64,000 nucleotides of DNA from NCBI GenBank assembly GCA_963785415.1, contig CAWAVB010000002.1, forward strand, positions 13,434 to 77,433, written 5' to 3'. This DNA comes from an uncultured Acidimicrobiaceae bacterium. GTDB taxonomy: Bacteria; Actinomycetota; Acidimicrobiia; Acidimicrobiales; Bog-793. A model generated the notes under the pieces. It ran no database searches. It saw only the letters and a program-made list of their open reading frames with translations, and was not told the origin of the DNA. Below, in pieces: positions 34,176 to 42,891 of the stretch. The stretch's first letter is position 1, and each line of letters begins with the position of its first letter. A program made the position numbers and the translations under genes.

Positions 34176-34865
34176 CCTGGGGCATCCTGGGGGGAGGTGC
34201 GGCCCGTCGCCTGCACAGACAAGTGCAGGTCAGAGTAGGTAACACGAACGGAGGTCGACCGTTGACGAAGTTCGATGTCAGCGAAATGTCAACGGATGCC
34301 AACGACATCGCCCGGGCGGTCGGTCGCGTTGCCCTGAACTGGGCGCACCTCGAAGCGATGACTTCAATCACTCTGTGGACGCTCGCGAACCTTCCGAGGG
34401 TCAGCCTCGGAACCCTCCTGACTAACGGCGTCCCTGTCGCGACGCAGTGGGATCAGATTCAAGTTCTCCTGCATTCGACGAAGCAGGATGCCCTACTTGA
34501 GTGGTTTACGAGTTGGCGGTGCCAAGCAGCTCAGCTTCAAGGCAGCCGAAACGAGGCCGTCCATTCACAGTGGTTCCCCACCGGGGACCACGCGAGGCCG
34601 TTCGAGGCGTGGGACTTGCTGAGCAGAAAGGCGCGCGCCGACGCCCGACGCAACGTCATGCCGGGGGGCGTGACTGAGGTTGATGCGCTTGCGGACTCGA
34701 TCGCCGTCAGCTTTCGTGACCTGCAGAACTGGCTGCTAAAGGATGTCGCCGCGGCTCTTGGTCGAGTGACCGGTGACGACGAGATCTCGACTGTTCTGAC
34801 GTTCTGACCTCAAAGCCTCCAATTTTCCGAGGCGAGCTCACCCTGGGGCAACTTAGGGGGAGGTG
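34176..34865 (+). repeat. 24-bp imperfect direct repeats CCTGGGGCAwCyTrGGGGGAGGTG (34176-34199, 34842-34865) bracketing one gene
   Basis: 21/24 identical; each copy is followed by GCAGGTCAG (34225-34233, 34866-34874). Confidence 0.8.
34262..34807 (+). CDS. All-helical hypothetical protein with HEPN-like Rx4H motif (RNEAVH)
   Basis: AVGRVALNWAHLE N-terminal helix and SRNEAVHSQW; GGAGG 7 nt before TTG 34262. Confidence 0.65.
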   Translation: MTKFDVSEMSTDANDIARAVGRVALNWAHLEAMTSITLWTLANLPRVSLGTLLTNGVPVATQWDQIQVLLHSTKQDALLEWFTSWRCQAAQLQGSRNEAVHSQWFPTGDHARPFEAWDLLSRKARADARRNVMPGGVTEVDALADSIAVSFRDLQNWLLKDVAAALGRVTGDDEISTVLTF

Positions 34866-34870
34866 GCAGG

Positions 34871-35182
34871 TCAGGGCTGGCCGGTCTCCCGGCCACTGAG
34901 CACTGCGCCGCACGTCTCGCAAAGGGGCACGAGGTAGGGCTGAAAGCCGGACCCAAAATCAAGCTCCGACGAATCCGACAAGCCCGACCTATCGAGCCCG
35001 CATAACGTCTTCTCGTCAGTGCTCCATGCTCTGTGAAGTTTCACCGGGCCGCTCGTCTGGGTCGGATTGAACGTGAGGCCAGCACCACGCCTCACCGCGA
35101 CGAGGGGGCCGATCTTGACAAGGGTGTCGAGGTGGCGCGGTTTCGGGTCGGCTTGCTTGTCACGTTCCCGCTCGTCGCTCAT
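34871..35182 (-). CDS. Small zinc-binding-like protein (H..TLCG..CxxC)
   Basis: LHRA..TLCG..CETC; SD GGAGGGG and an upstream TACGGT -10 element. Confidence 0.62.
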   Translation of the reverse strand: MSDERERDKQADPKPRHLDTLVKIGPLVAVRRGAGLTFNPTQTSGPVKLHRAWSTDEKTLCGLDRSGLSDSSELDFGSGFQPYLVPLCETCGAVLSGRETGQP

Positions 35183-35362
35183 CGCCCCTCCCTTGCAGCC
35201 CGACCGTAGACCTCGAGCGCGTCGTGGTCACAACGCTGGTCACAAACGCGCCGTAATCGGCCGTCACCAGCCGTCACAGTTCCCGCTACGCGGCCCGGCG
35301 ATATGCTCTCTGACCTGCGACGACGGGACAAGGCGACACCAGCCGTCATGGACCTGACGGGA

Positions 35363-35386
35363 GTTCGAATCCCGCTCCGGGCACCG
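35363..35386 (+). repeat. attR-like duplication of the tRNA-Leu 3' end
   Basis: Identical to 30400-30423. Confidence 0.93.
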
Positions 35387-35585
35387 CGTTTTGGCAGGTC
35401 GCCGCGTACTCCACGTGCGCGGTGATGACGACCTTCCCTCCCTCGGCGCCCACAGGGTTCGGCGAGCCGTGAGCGAGACGATGACCGGTTGCGGGTTCGT
35501 GGTCGCCGCGGCCCTTGCCTGGAGGCGGGATCGTGGCTCCGATACCCGCGACGAGGACGGAGATCGCCAGCCTGCGTAGCACCGG
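35387..35585 (-). pseudogene. Frameshifted fragment of a secreted Ig-like protein ending at attR
   Basis: Signal-like VLRRLAISVLVAGIGATIP, then AAATTNPQPVIVSLTA in another frame, then SPNPVGAEGGKVVITAHVEYAATC. Confidence 0.4.
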
Positions 35586-35842
35586 GCACCCCCGGGGTCG
35601 ATGTGACCGAGGGCATACGACCCGATCCACGGTGCGCCGAGGCTGAACTGCGGGATCCGTCTCGGCGCCGACGGCCCGGTGACCGCGGCGAGATGCCCCA
35701 GTGCTGGTCACGTGGTTTCGTTTAGCGTCGGGGGTCTGCGTTCCTTAGAGTTGCCAGGCGTAACCAGCACAGGACGCGGGGAGTCGAGCTCCCCCGGTGC
35801 CTCGCCCGGCGCCGTGGTCCGCGATCCGAAGGGGGCGTTTGC

Positions 35843-37102
35843 TTGCTGGCGTTCACGTTTCCCGGCCAGGGCTCGCAACGCCCCGGCATGGGGGCGAGCT
35901 GGGTTGACCACCCTTCTTTCGAACTCGTCGAGCACGCGAGCGAGGTCGTCGGGCGCGACGTCGCGGCCTTGCTCCTCGAAGCCGATCAAGAGACGCTGAC
36001 GAACACCGCCAACGCCCAGCTCGCCACGTTCGTCACGAGCCTCGTCGTCCTCGACGCCGCTGAGCGGATCGGCCTCGAACCGGCCGCCTGCGCCGGCCAC
36101 AGCCTCGGCGAGTACACCGCCCTCGTCGCGACCGGCGCCCTCGGCTACGAGGACGGCCTCGAGCTTGTCGCCGAGCGCGGCACCGCGATGTCCGAGGCCG
36201 CCGAGCACAACCCCGGGACGATGATGGCGGTCCTCGGGCTCACCGACGAAGACGTCGAGACCGCCTGCGTGCGCGCCGAGGGCGAGGTCTGGGTCGCCAA
36301 CTACAACGCGCCCGGCCAGGTCGTCATCGCCGGCGAGAAGGACTCGCTCGAGCGCGCGGCCCACCTCGCCCGCAAAGCGGGCGCGAAGCGGGTCGTCGCC
36401 TTCCCCGTCGGGGGGGCGTTCCACACGCCGCTCATGGCTCCGGCCCGCGACCGCCTCCGCAAGGCGCTCGCCGCGGCGACGTTCTTCGAATCCGACCCCC
36501 CGGTCGTCGCCAACGTCGACGCCAAGGCCCACCCCGCCGGCGAGGACTGGCCGGGGCTTTTGTCGGCACAACTGTGCGCCCCGGTGCGCTGGCGCCAGAG
36601 CCTCGACACGCTCTACGCGTCGGGAGCGCGCACGTTCGTCGAGCTCGGACCGGGAGGGGTGCTTACCGGCCTCGCCAAGCGGGTGCTCCCCGCGAGGTCG
36701 ACGGTGAACTGCTCGGTGGCGACCCCCGCCGAGCTCGAGGCGCTCGTCGAGGCGCTCGCTGGTGCCGCGGCCCATCGACCACCCGTCGAGCGGCTCGTCG
36801 GCGAGCACTTCTTGATGGTCGAGCGCCTCATCATCTCGCCCGGCACCGGCCCGTTCCGGCCCTCGGACACCTTCGCCGCCGCCGCCCCGAGGCTCCCGGG
36901 GGGCGCCGAGGACGAGCCCGACGAACGGGTCATCCGTGTCGCCGTGGGCGACCTCGTCGGCTGGGCGGGCAAGACCGAGATCCGCTCGAGCTTCGCCGGG
37001 ACGCTGGCGGGCGTGCTCGTCCTTGCGGGCGAACGCGTCCTTCACGGCCAGCCGGTCGCCTGGCTGCGGGCGCTGCCCGACGACGTCGAGGAGGTCCGCT
37101 GA
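35843..37102 (+). CDS. fabD: Malonyl-CoA:ACP transacylase with C-terminal biotinyl/lipoyl-like domain
   Basis: FPGQGSQ, GHSLGEY, NYNAPGQVVIAG, AFHT; ~100 extra C-terminal residues. Confidence 0.92.
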   Translation: MLAFTFPGQGSQRPGMGASWVDHPSFELVEHASEVVGRDVAALLLEADQETLTNTANAQLATFVTSLVVLDAAERIGLEPAACAGHSLGEYTALVATGALGYEDGLELVAERGTAMSEAAEHNPGTMMAVLGLTDEDVETACVRAEGEVWVANYNAPGQVVIAGEKDSLERAAHLARKAGAKRVVAFPVGGAFHTPLMAPARDRLRKALAAATFFESDPPVVANVDAKAHPAGEDWPGLLSAQLCAPVRWRQSLDTLYASGARTFVELGPGGVLTGLAKRVLPARSTVNCSVATPAELEALVEALAGAAAHRPPVERLVGEHFLMVERLIISPGTGPFRPSDTFAAAAPRLPGGAEDEPDERVIRVAVGDLVGWAGKTEIRSSFAGTLAGVLVLAGERVLHGQPVAWLRALPDDVEEVR

Positions 37103-38037
37103 TGGGGTCCGCGATCACCGGGTGGGGATCGGCGCTGCCGGACAAGGTCCTCACGAACGCTGATTTCGAGGCCCACCTCGACACGACCGACCAGTGGATC
37201 GTCGAGCGGACCGGGATCCGGGAACGCCACATCGGCGGCTCGACGCGGGGGCTCGCCATCGAGGCCGGACAGGCCGCGCTCGCCTGCGCCGGGCTCGCCG
37301 GCGCGGACATCGAGCTCGTCGTCGTCGCGACGACGACACCGGACCAGACCCTCCCCGCGGCCTCGGCGACGGTCCACGAGGCGCTCGGATGCCGGGGTGG
37401 GGCCTTCGACCTCAATGCGGCCTGCGCCGGGTTCACCTACTCGCTCGTGCTCACCGACTCGATGATCACCGCGGGCGTGCGCCGCGCCCTCGTCATCGGG
37501 TCCGACACGCTGTCGCGCTCGACGGACTTCGAGGACCGGGCGACGGCGATCCTGTTCGGCGACGGCGCCGGCGCCGTCGTCCTCGAGGCGGGCGCCCGCG
37601 ACGACCTCGTCCTCGCCTACGACCTCGGAGCCGACGGGACCGCGGCGCCGCTTCTCTACGCGGAGATCGGCGGGTTCATCGAGATGGACGGGCGGGAGAT
37701 CTTCCGGCGCGCCGTGCGCGCCGAGGTCGACTCGATCGGCAAGGTCTTCGCCGCGGCGGGATGCACCGCCGATGACATCGCCCTTTTCGTGCCGCACCAG
37801 GCGAACGTCCGCATCATCGAAGCGGTGAACGAGCGGATCGGGCTGCCGATGGAGCGCACCGTCGTCGTGCTCGACCGCATCGGCAACACCTCGGCCGGTT
37901 CCATCCCGTACGGGCTCGCCGACGCGGCGACCGCCGGGCGGCTCGACGAGGGCGACCTCGTCCTGCTCTCGGGGTTCGGAGCGGGCATGACCTGGGCGTC
38001 GGTCGTCATCCGCTGGGGCCGCCGGGGCGTCGCATGA
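37102..38037 (+). CDS. fabH: 3-oxoacyl-ACP synthase III
   Basis: WIVERTGIRER, AACAGF, HQAN, GNTSAGS. Confidence 0.95.
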   Translation: MGSAITGWGSALPDKVLTNADFEAHLDTTDQWIVERTGIRERHIGGSTRGLAIEAGQAALACAGLAGADIELVVVATTTPDQTLPAASATVHEALGCRGGAFDLNAACAGFTYSLVLTDSMITAGVRRALVIGSDTLSRSTDFEDRATAILFGDGAGAVVLEAGARDDLVLAYDLGADGTAAPLLYAEIGGFIEMDGREIFRRAVRAEVDSIGKVFAAAGCTADDIALFVPHQANVRIIEAVNERIGLPMERTVVVLDRIGNTSAGSIPYGLADAATAGRLDEGDLVLLSGFGAGMTWASVVIRWGRRGVA

Positions 38038-38759
38038 GCCGGGTCGTCCTCGTCACGGGCGGTTCACGGGGCATCGGGCTCGCCTGCGCGCGCCGGTTCC
38101 AGGCCGACGGGGACCGGGTCGCCGTCACCTACAAGACCGCTCCCCCGGACCCCGCGGACGCCGAGGCCACGGTGCCGCTTCTCGCCGTCGCCTGCGACGT
38201 CACCGACCCCGGGGCGGTCGACGCGGCGTTCGCCACGGTCGAGGCCGAGCTCGGCGCCGTCGAGGTCCTCGTGTGCGCCGCCGGGATCACCGACGACGGG
38301 CTCGTGCTGCGCATGAGCGAGGAGCGCTGGTCGAGGGTCGTCGACACCGACCTCACGGGAACCTTCCGGGCGGTGCGGCGCGCCCTCCCGGCGATGCTGC
38401 GGGCGCGCGCTGGCCGGATCGTCGTCATCTCGTCCGTCGTCGGCTACCTCGGCAACGCCGGGCAGGCGAACTATGCGGCCGCCAAGGCGGGCCAGATCGG
38501 CTTCGCCCGCTCGCTTGCCCGCGAGGTCGCGAGCCGCTCGGTGACGGTGAACGTGGTCTCTCCAGGCATGGTGGCGACCGACATGCTCGCCGCCCTGAAC
38601 GAGGACCAGACCGCCGCGCTCGCCTCGCGGGTCCCGCTCGGGCGGGTCGCCGAACCGGAAGAGGTCGCCTCGGCGGTGTGTTTCCTCGCCTCGGCCGACG
38701 CCGCCTACATCACCGGCGCCGTGCTGGCCGTCGACGGCGGGCTCGGGATGGGACACTAG
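38034..38759 (+). CDS. fabG: 3-oxoacyl-ACP reductase
   Basis: TGGSRGIG, YAAAK, VNVVSPG. Confidence 0.93.
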   Translation: MSRVVLVTGGSRGIGLACARRFQADGDRVAVTYKTAPPDPADAEATVPLLAVACDVTDPGAVDAAFATVEAELGAVEVLVCAAGITDDGLVLRMSEERWSRVVDTDLTGTFRAVRRALPAMLRARAGRIVVISSVVGYLGNAGQANYAAAKAGQIGFARSLAREVASRSVTVNVVSPGMVATDMLAALNEDQTAALASRVPLGRVAEPEEVASAVCFLASADAAYITGAVLAVDGGLGMGH

Positions 38760-38839
38760 GTATGGTCAGTGGGCCTTCCCGCATGATGGTGTAGGTAGCG
38801 CAGTCCGACCGAACCCCGACAAGGAACGAGGAGCCAGCC

Positions 38840-39079
38840 GTGGGCGATGACGCGACGTTCGAGAAGTTCAAGAAGTGCGCCGTGGACGTGCTCCAGGTGC
38901 CCGACGACAAGGTCGTCCCGGAGGCGAGTTTCGCCGACGACCTGAACGCCGACAGCCTCGACCTCGTCGAGTTCGTCATGGCGCTCGAAGAGGCGTTCTC
39001 GATCACCGTCGACGAGACCGAGCTCGACGGGGTCGATACGGTCGGCCAGGCCTACGAACTCGTGGTCTCGAAGCTGTGA
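38840..39079 (+). CDS. acpP: Acyl carrier protein
   Basis: DLNADSLDLVEFVMALEEAF phosphopantetheine site. Confidence 0.95.
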   Translation: MGDDATFEKFKKCAVDVLQVPDDKVVPEASFADDLNADSLDLVEFVMALEEAFSITVDETELDGVDTVGQAYELVVSKL

Positions 39080-40278
39080 CTGAGCGGGGACCCCGGCGCC
39101 GCGTCGTCGTGACGGGCCTCGGCGTCCTCGCGTCCTGCGGCATCGGCAAGGACGCCTTCTTCGCCGGCCTGTCGGGCTCGGCGGCCGTCGGCCCCCAGTG
39201 GGTCGGCGCCTTCGACCCGGCGGGGTGGTTCGACCCGAAAGAGGCGCGCCAGACCGACCGCTTCGCCCAGTTCTCGATCGCCGCGGCCGCGGGTGCGCTT
39301 GCCGACGCCGGCGAGCTCGGCGCCGACCCGGGGCGCGTCGGCGTCATCTTCGGCACGGGGACCGGGGGCCTGGCGACGATCCAGGAACAGATGATCCTCC
39401 TCATCGCCAAGGGCCCGCGCCGGGTCTCACCGCGGCTCGTGCCGATGATGATGGGGAACGCCGGCGCCGCGGCGATCTCGATCCGTTTCGGCCTGCGCGG
39501 CCCGTGCGAGACGGTCGTCACGGCATGCGCCTCGGCGACCCATGCCATCGGCAACGCCTTCCGCCTCATCGGCGACGGCCGCTGCGACGCCGTGGTCACC
39601 GGGGGGGCCGAGGCGGCGATCTCCCAGGCGGGCGGGCTCGATCCGATCGGGATCGCGGCCTTCGGCAACATGACGGCGCTGTCGACGTCGGGCCACTCGA
39701 GACCTTTCGACCGCCGGCGCGACGGCTTCGTCATCGCCGAGGGCGGCGGCGCCCTCGTCCTCGAGGAGCTCGGGCACGCGGTGTCCCGCGGCGCCCACGT
39801 CTACGCCGAGCTGCTCGGTGCCGCCTCGACCGCGGACGCTTACCACATCACCGCCCCCGCCCCCGGCGGCGAGGGGGCGGTCGCCTGCATGGAGCTTGCG
39901 CTCGACGACGCCGGGATCCGCCCGGCCGAGGTCGCCCAGATCAACGCCCACGGCACCTCGACGCCGCTCAACGACCTCGCCGAGGCCGAGGCGATCGAGA
40001 AGGTCTTCGACCGGCCCGGCCCACCGGTCACCTCGATCAAGGGCGTCACCGGGCACTCGCTCGGCGCCGCCGGGGCGCTGGAGGCCATCGCCTCGGTCCT
40101 CTCGATCGAGGGCGGTCTCATCCCGCCGACGGCGGGCCTCGAGGAACAGGACCCCGAGATCCACCTCGACATCGTGACCGGCGCGGCGCGCCCGTTCACC
40201 CCGGGGCCGGTGCTCTCGAACAGCTTCGGATTCGGCGGGCACAACGGATGCCTCGTGTTCGGCCCGGTAAGCCCCTGA
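39076..40278 (+). CDS. fabF: 3-oxoacyl-ACP synthase II
   Basis: VVVTGLG, TACAS, DAYHITAP, NAHGTST, GHSLGA, NSFGFGG. Confidence 0.95.
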   Translation: MTERGPRRRVVVTGLGVLASCGIGKDAFFAGLSGSAAVGPQWVGAFDPAGWFDPKEARQTDRFAQFSIAAAAGALADAGELGADPGRVGVIFGTGTGGLATIQEQMILLIAKGPRRVSPRLVPMMMGNAGAAAISIRFGLRGPCETVVTACASATHAIGNAFRLIGDGRCDAVVTGGAEAAISQAGGLDPIGIAAFGNMTALSTSGHSRPFDRRRDGFVIAEGGGALVLEELGHAVSRGAHVYAELLGAASTADAYHITAPAPGGEGAVACMELALDDAGIRPAEVAQINAHGTSTPLNDLAEAEAIEKVFDRPGPPVTSIKGVTGHSLGAAGALEAIASVLSIEGGLIPPTAGLEEQDPEIHLDIVTGAARPFTPGPVLSNSFGFGGHNGCLVFGPVSP

Positions 40279-41861
40279 CGACGCCCGGCGCGCCGGCGGA
40301 CCTGTCGGTCGGGGCGTTCTCGGACCATCCGCCCTGGCTCGTCACGCCCGAGGACCTGCCCTGGCGGGTCGGCCTCGACGTCGTGCGGGAATCGGTCCGC
40401 GCCGCGGTCCCCCGCCTCGTGCGGCGGCGGCGGTTCCCGCCGTGGCGGCGGATGCTGCGGGTCTCGGCCATCCTCGGCTGGGCGGTCGCCGGCTGGTGGT
40501 TCGTCGACCGGCGCAAGGGCCAGTCGCGATCGCTCGCCGGCCTCGCCTACCGGCTGCGGCTCGCCTTCCAGCGGCTCGGTCCCACCTTCATCAAGCTCGG
40601 CCAGATCCTCTCGTCGGGCGAGGGGATCTTCCCACCCGAGCTCGTCGGTGAGTTCAAGCTGCTGCGCGACCGGGTCCCCGCCGAGTCGTTCGCCGCCGTG
40701 CGCGAGTGCGTCGAAGCCGATCTCGGGTGCACGCTCGAGGAGCTGTTCACCGAGTTCTCCCCCGAGCCCGTCGCCGCGGCCTCGATCGCCCAGGTGCACC
40801 GGGCGCGGCTGCACACCGGCGAGGACGTCGTCGTGAAGGTCCAACGGCCCCGGGTCGCTGCCCGGGTGCGCGACGACCTCGCCGCGATGAGCTTCCTCGC
40901 GCCGCACCTCGTCGGGCGGATCCCCGTGGCGGTGCTTGCCAACCCGCCGGCGCTCATCGAACTGTTCGCCGAGACGATCGTCGAGGAGCTCGACTTCCGG
41001 CTCGAGGCCGAGAGCATGCTCGACGTCGCCGCCGCGATCGCCGCCTCGGACCAACGCACGATCGTCGTGCCGCGGCCGCACCCCCGGCTCGTCACGCGCC
41101 GCGTGCTCGTGATGGAGCGCCTCGACGGCTTCGACTGGGACGACGTCGCCGGCATGAGAGACGCCGGGATCGCGACCGAGAAGGTCATGCGCGCCGCCGT
41201 CGTGTCGACCCTCGAGGGCGTCATGCTCTTCGGCGTCTTCCACGGCGACCTCCACGGGGGCAACCTCTTCGTCCTGCCCGACGGGCGCGTCGCGCTGCTG
41301 GATTTCGGGATCACGGGACGCCTCGACGAGCACCACCGGCTGGCGTTCCTCCGCCTTTTGATGGGGGCGATGATGAACGACGTGCGCAGCGAGGTCGTGG
41401 CGCTGCGCGACCTCGGCGCGCTGCGGCCGGACGCCGACCTCGACCAGGTGGTCGTCGACCTCGGCCTCGACATGCCGCCCCAGGACATCGCCGAGATGAG
41501 CGCCGAGGAGCTCACCCGCCAGATGCGCGAGCTCACGAAGCACCTCCTCGCCTACGGGGCGAAGCTCCCGAAGGAGCTAATGCTTTTCGTGAAGGACATC
41601 CTCTTTCTCGACAGCGTCGTCGCCGCGTTCGCGCCGGACGTCGACCTGTTGAAAGAGTTCGCCGAGGTCGCGGGGTACTTCGCCACCCGCCACGGCGACC
41701 GGATCGCCCGGGAGATCGGCGTCGACCCGTCGCGCGCCGGGGCCGACCTCGACGCGGTGCGGGCCGCAATCGGCGTCTCGGCGGCGACCGAAAAGATCAG
41801 CTACCGCGAGCTCCAGGCCCGCCGCGAGGCGGTCCGGCGCAAGTTCCGGCCCGACGCCTGA
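40275..41861 (+). CDS. ABC1/AarF/UbiB-family atypical kinase (start approximate)
   Basis: LGPTFIKLGQ, AAASIAQVH, VVKVQRP, EELDF, FHGDLHGGN, LDFG. Confidence 0.9.
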   Translation: MTTPGAPADLSVGAFSDHPPWLVTPEDLPWRVGLDVVRESVRAAVPRLVRRRRFPPWRRMLRVSAILGWAVAGWWFVDRRKGQSRSLAGLAYRLRLAFQRLGPTFIKLGQILSSGEGIFPPELVGEFKLLRDRVPAESFAAVRECVEADLGCTLEELFTEFSPEPVAAASIAQVHRARLHTGEDVVVKVQRPRVAARVRDDLAAMSFLAPHLVGRIPVAVLANPPALIELFAETIVEELDFRLEAESMLDVAAAIAASDQRTIVVPRPHPRLVTRRVLVMERLDGFDWDDVAGMRDAGIATEKVMRAAVVSTLEGVMLFGVFHGDLHGGNLFVLPDGRVALLDFGITGRLDEHHRLAFLRLLMGAMMNDVRSEVVALRDLGALRPDADLDQVVVDLGLDMPPQDIAEMSAEELTRQMRELTKHLLAYGAKLPKELMLFVKDILFLDSVVAAFAPDVDLLKEFAEVAGYFATRHGDRIAREIGVDPSRAGADLDAVRAAIGVSAATEKISYRELQARREAVRRKFRPDA

Positions 41862-41936
41862 CGCGACCCTCCAGCGACACGTTCGGAACGAAAGGCGCCA
41901 CCTCCTCCCGCCGGCTGCTTGACCGCCCGGCCATTA

Positions 41937-41950
41937 AAGTGATATCACTT
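41937..41950. promoter_or_regulatory. Perfect 14-bp palindrome AAGTGATATCACTT (candidate operator) downstream of TTGACC (41919-41924)
   Basis: AT-rich palindrome 30 nt upstream of the SPFH-RHH operon. Confidence 0.6.
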
Positions 41951-41979
41951 GAATATCAGTCAACGAGGAGATGCGAGCC

Positions 41980-42891
41980 ATGAGCGACCACACGTCACAA
42001 TCCCCCGGTGGGCCCGTCGAGCATCAGGGGGCGCGAGTCGACATCGTCCAGCGACGGGCCGTGGCCGCCAGCGGCTGGCTGGGCCTCGTCGTGCTGGGGG
42101 GTGCCATCTACGGGCAGGTGCTGGCCCGTGAAGACGGCACGGTGTGGTTCTGGCTGCCCTTCGCCGTCTCGATCCTGGTCCTCACCGGCCTCGACATCAT
42201 CAACCCGGGCGAGATGCTGGTGGTCGAGTTCTTCGGCCGTTACATCGGCACCGTGGCCCGACCCGGGTTCTGGTGGGTGGCACCGTTGCACCATCGCCAC
42301 CGGCGGCGGATCAGCGTCCGGGTCCGCAACTTCGAGACGGCCCATCTGAAGGTCAACGACGCCGACGGGAACCCGGTGGAGATGGCTGCCATCGTCGTCT
42401 GGCAGGTCGTGGACACGGCCAAGGCCACCTATGCCGTCGAGAACTACCAGAACTTCGTCACCGTCCAGGCCGAGTCGGCCGTTCGGCACGTGGCAACCGG
42501 TCATCCCTACGACGACACCACCGGGACGGGAACCTCCCTGCGGGGCTCGACCGACGTGGTGGCGGCCCAGCTGGCCGGGGAGGTGGCCGAGCGGGTGGCC
42601 GTCGCCGGGGTCGAGATCGTCGAGGTGCGCATCTCCCATCTGGCCTACGCGCCCGAGATCGCCCAGGCGATGCTGCGCCGCCAGCAGGCCAACGCGGTGG
42701 TGGCGGCCCGCTCCCGCATCGTCGAGGGTGCCGTGGGGATGGTGGAGATGGCCCTCAACCGACTCGCCGAGGGAGGAGTTGTCACCTTGGACGAGGAGCG
42801 GACCGCAACCATGGTGAGCAACCTCATGGTCGTGCTCTGCAGTGACCAGCCGGCCTCGCCGGTGGTCAACACCGGCTCTCTGTATACGTGA
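41980..42891 (+). CDS. SPFH/band 7 domain membrane protein
   Basis: Two N-terminal TMs, FFGRYIGTV, KVNDADGNPVE, LAYAPEIAQAMLRRQQA. Confidence 0.92.
   Translation: MSDHTSQSPGGPVEHQGARVDIVQRRAVAASGWLGLVVLGGAIYGQVLAREDGTVWFWLPFAVSILVLTGLDIINPGEMLVVEFFGRYIGTVARPGFWWVAPLHHRHRRRISVRVRNFETAHLKVNDADGNPVEMAAIVVWQVVDTAKATYAVENYQNFVTVQAESAVRHVATGHPYDDTTGTGTSLRGSTDVVAAQLAGEVAERVAVAGVEIVEVRISHLAYAPEIAQAMLRRQQANAVVAARSRIVEGAVGMVEMALNRLAEGGVVTLDEERTATMVSNLMVVLCSDQPASPVVNTGSLYT

Noticed and set aside
31838-34874. CRISPR array
   Set aside because: Repeats occur only in pairs with gene-sized spacing; no cas genes.
39198-41861. 887-aa fusion ORF, or 842-aa ORF 52239-54767, as single proteins
   Set aside because: The extra N-termini overlap fabF and the opposite-strand epimerase; the recognisable domains start at ~40275 and 53693.
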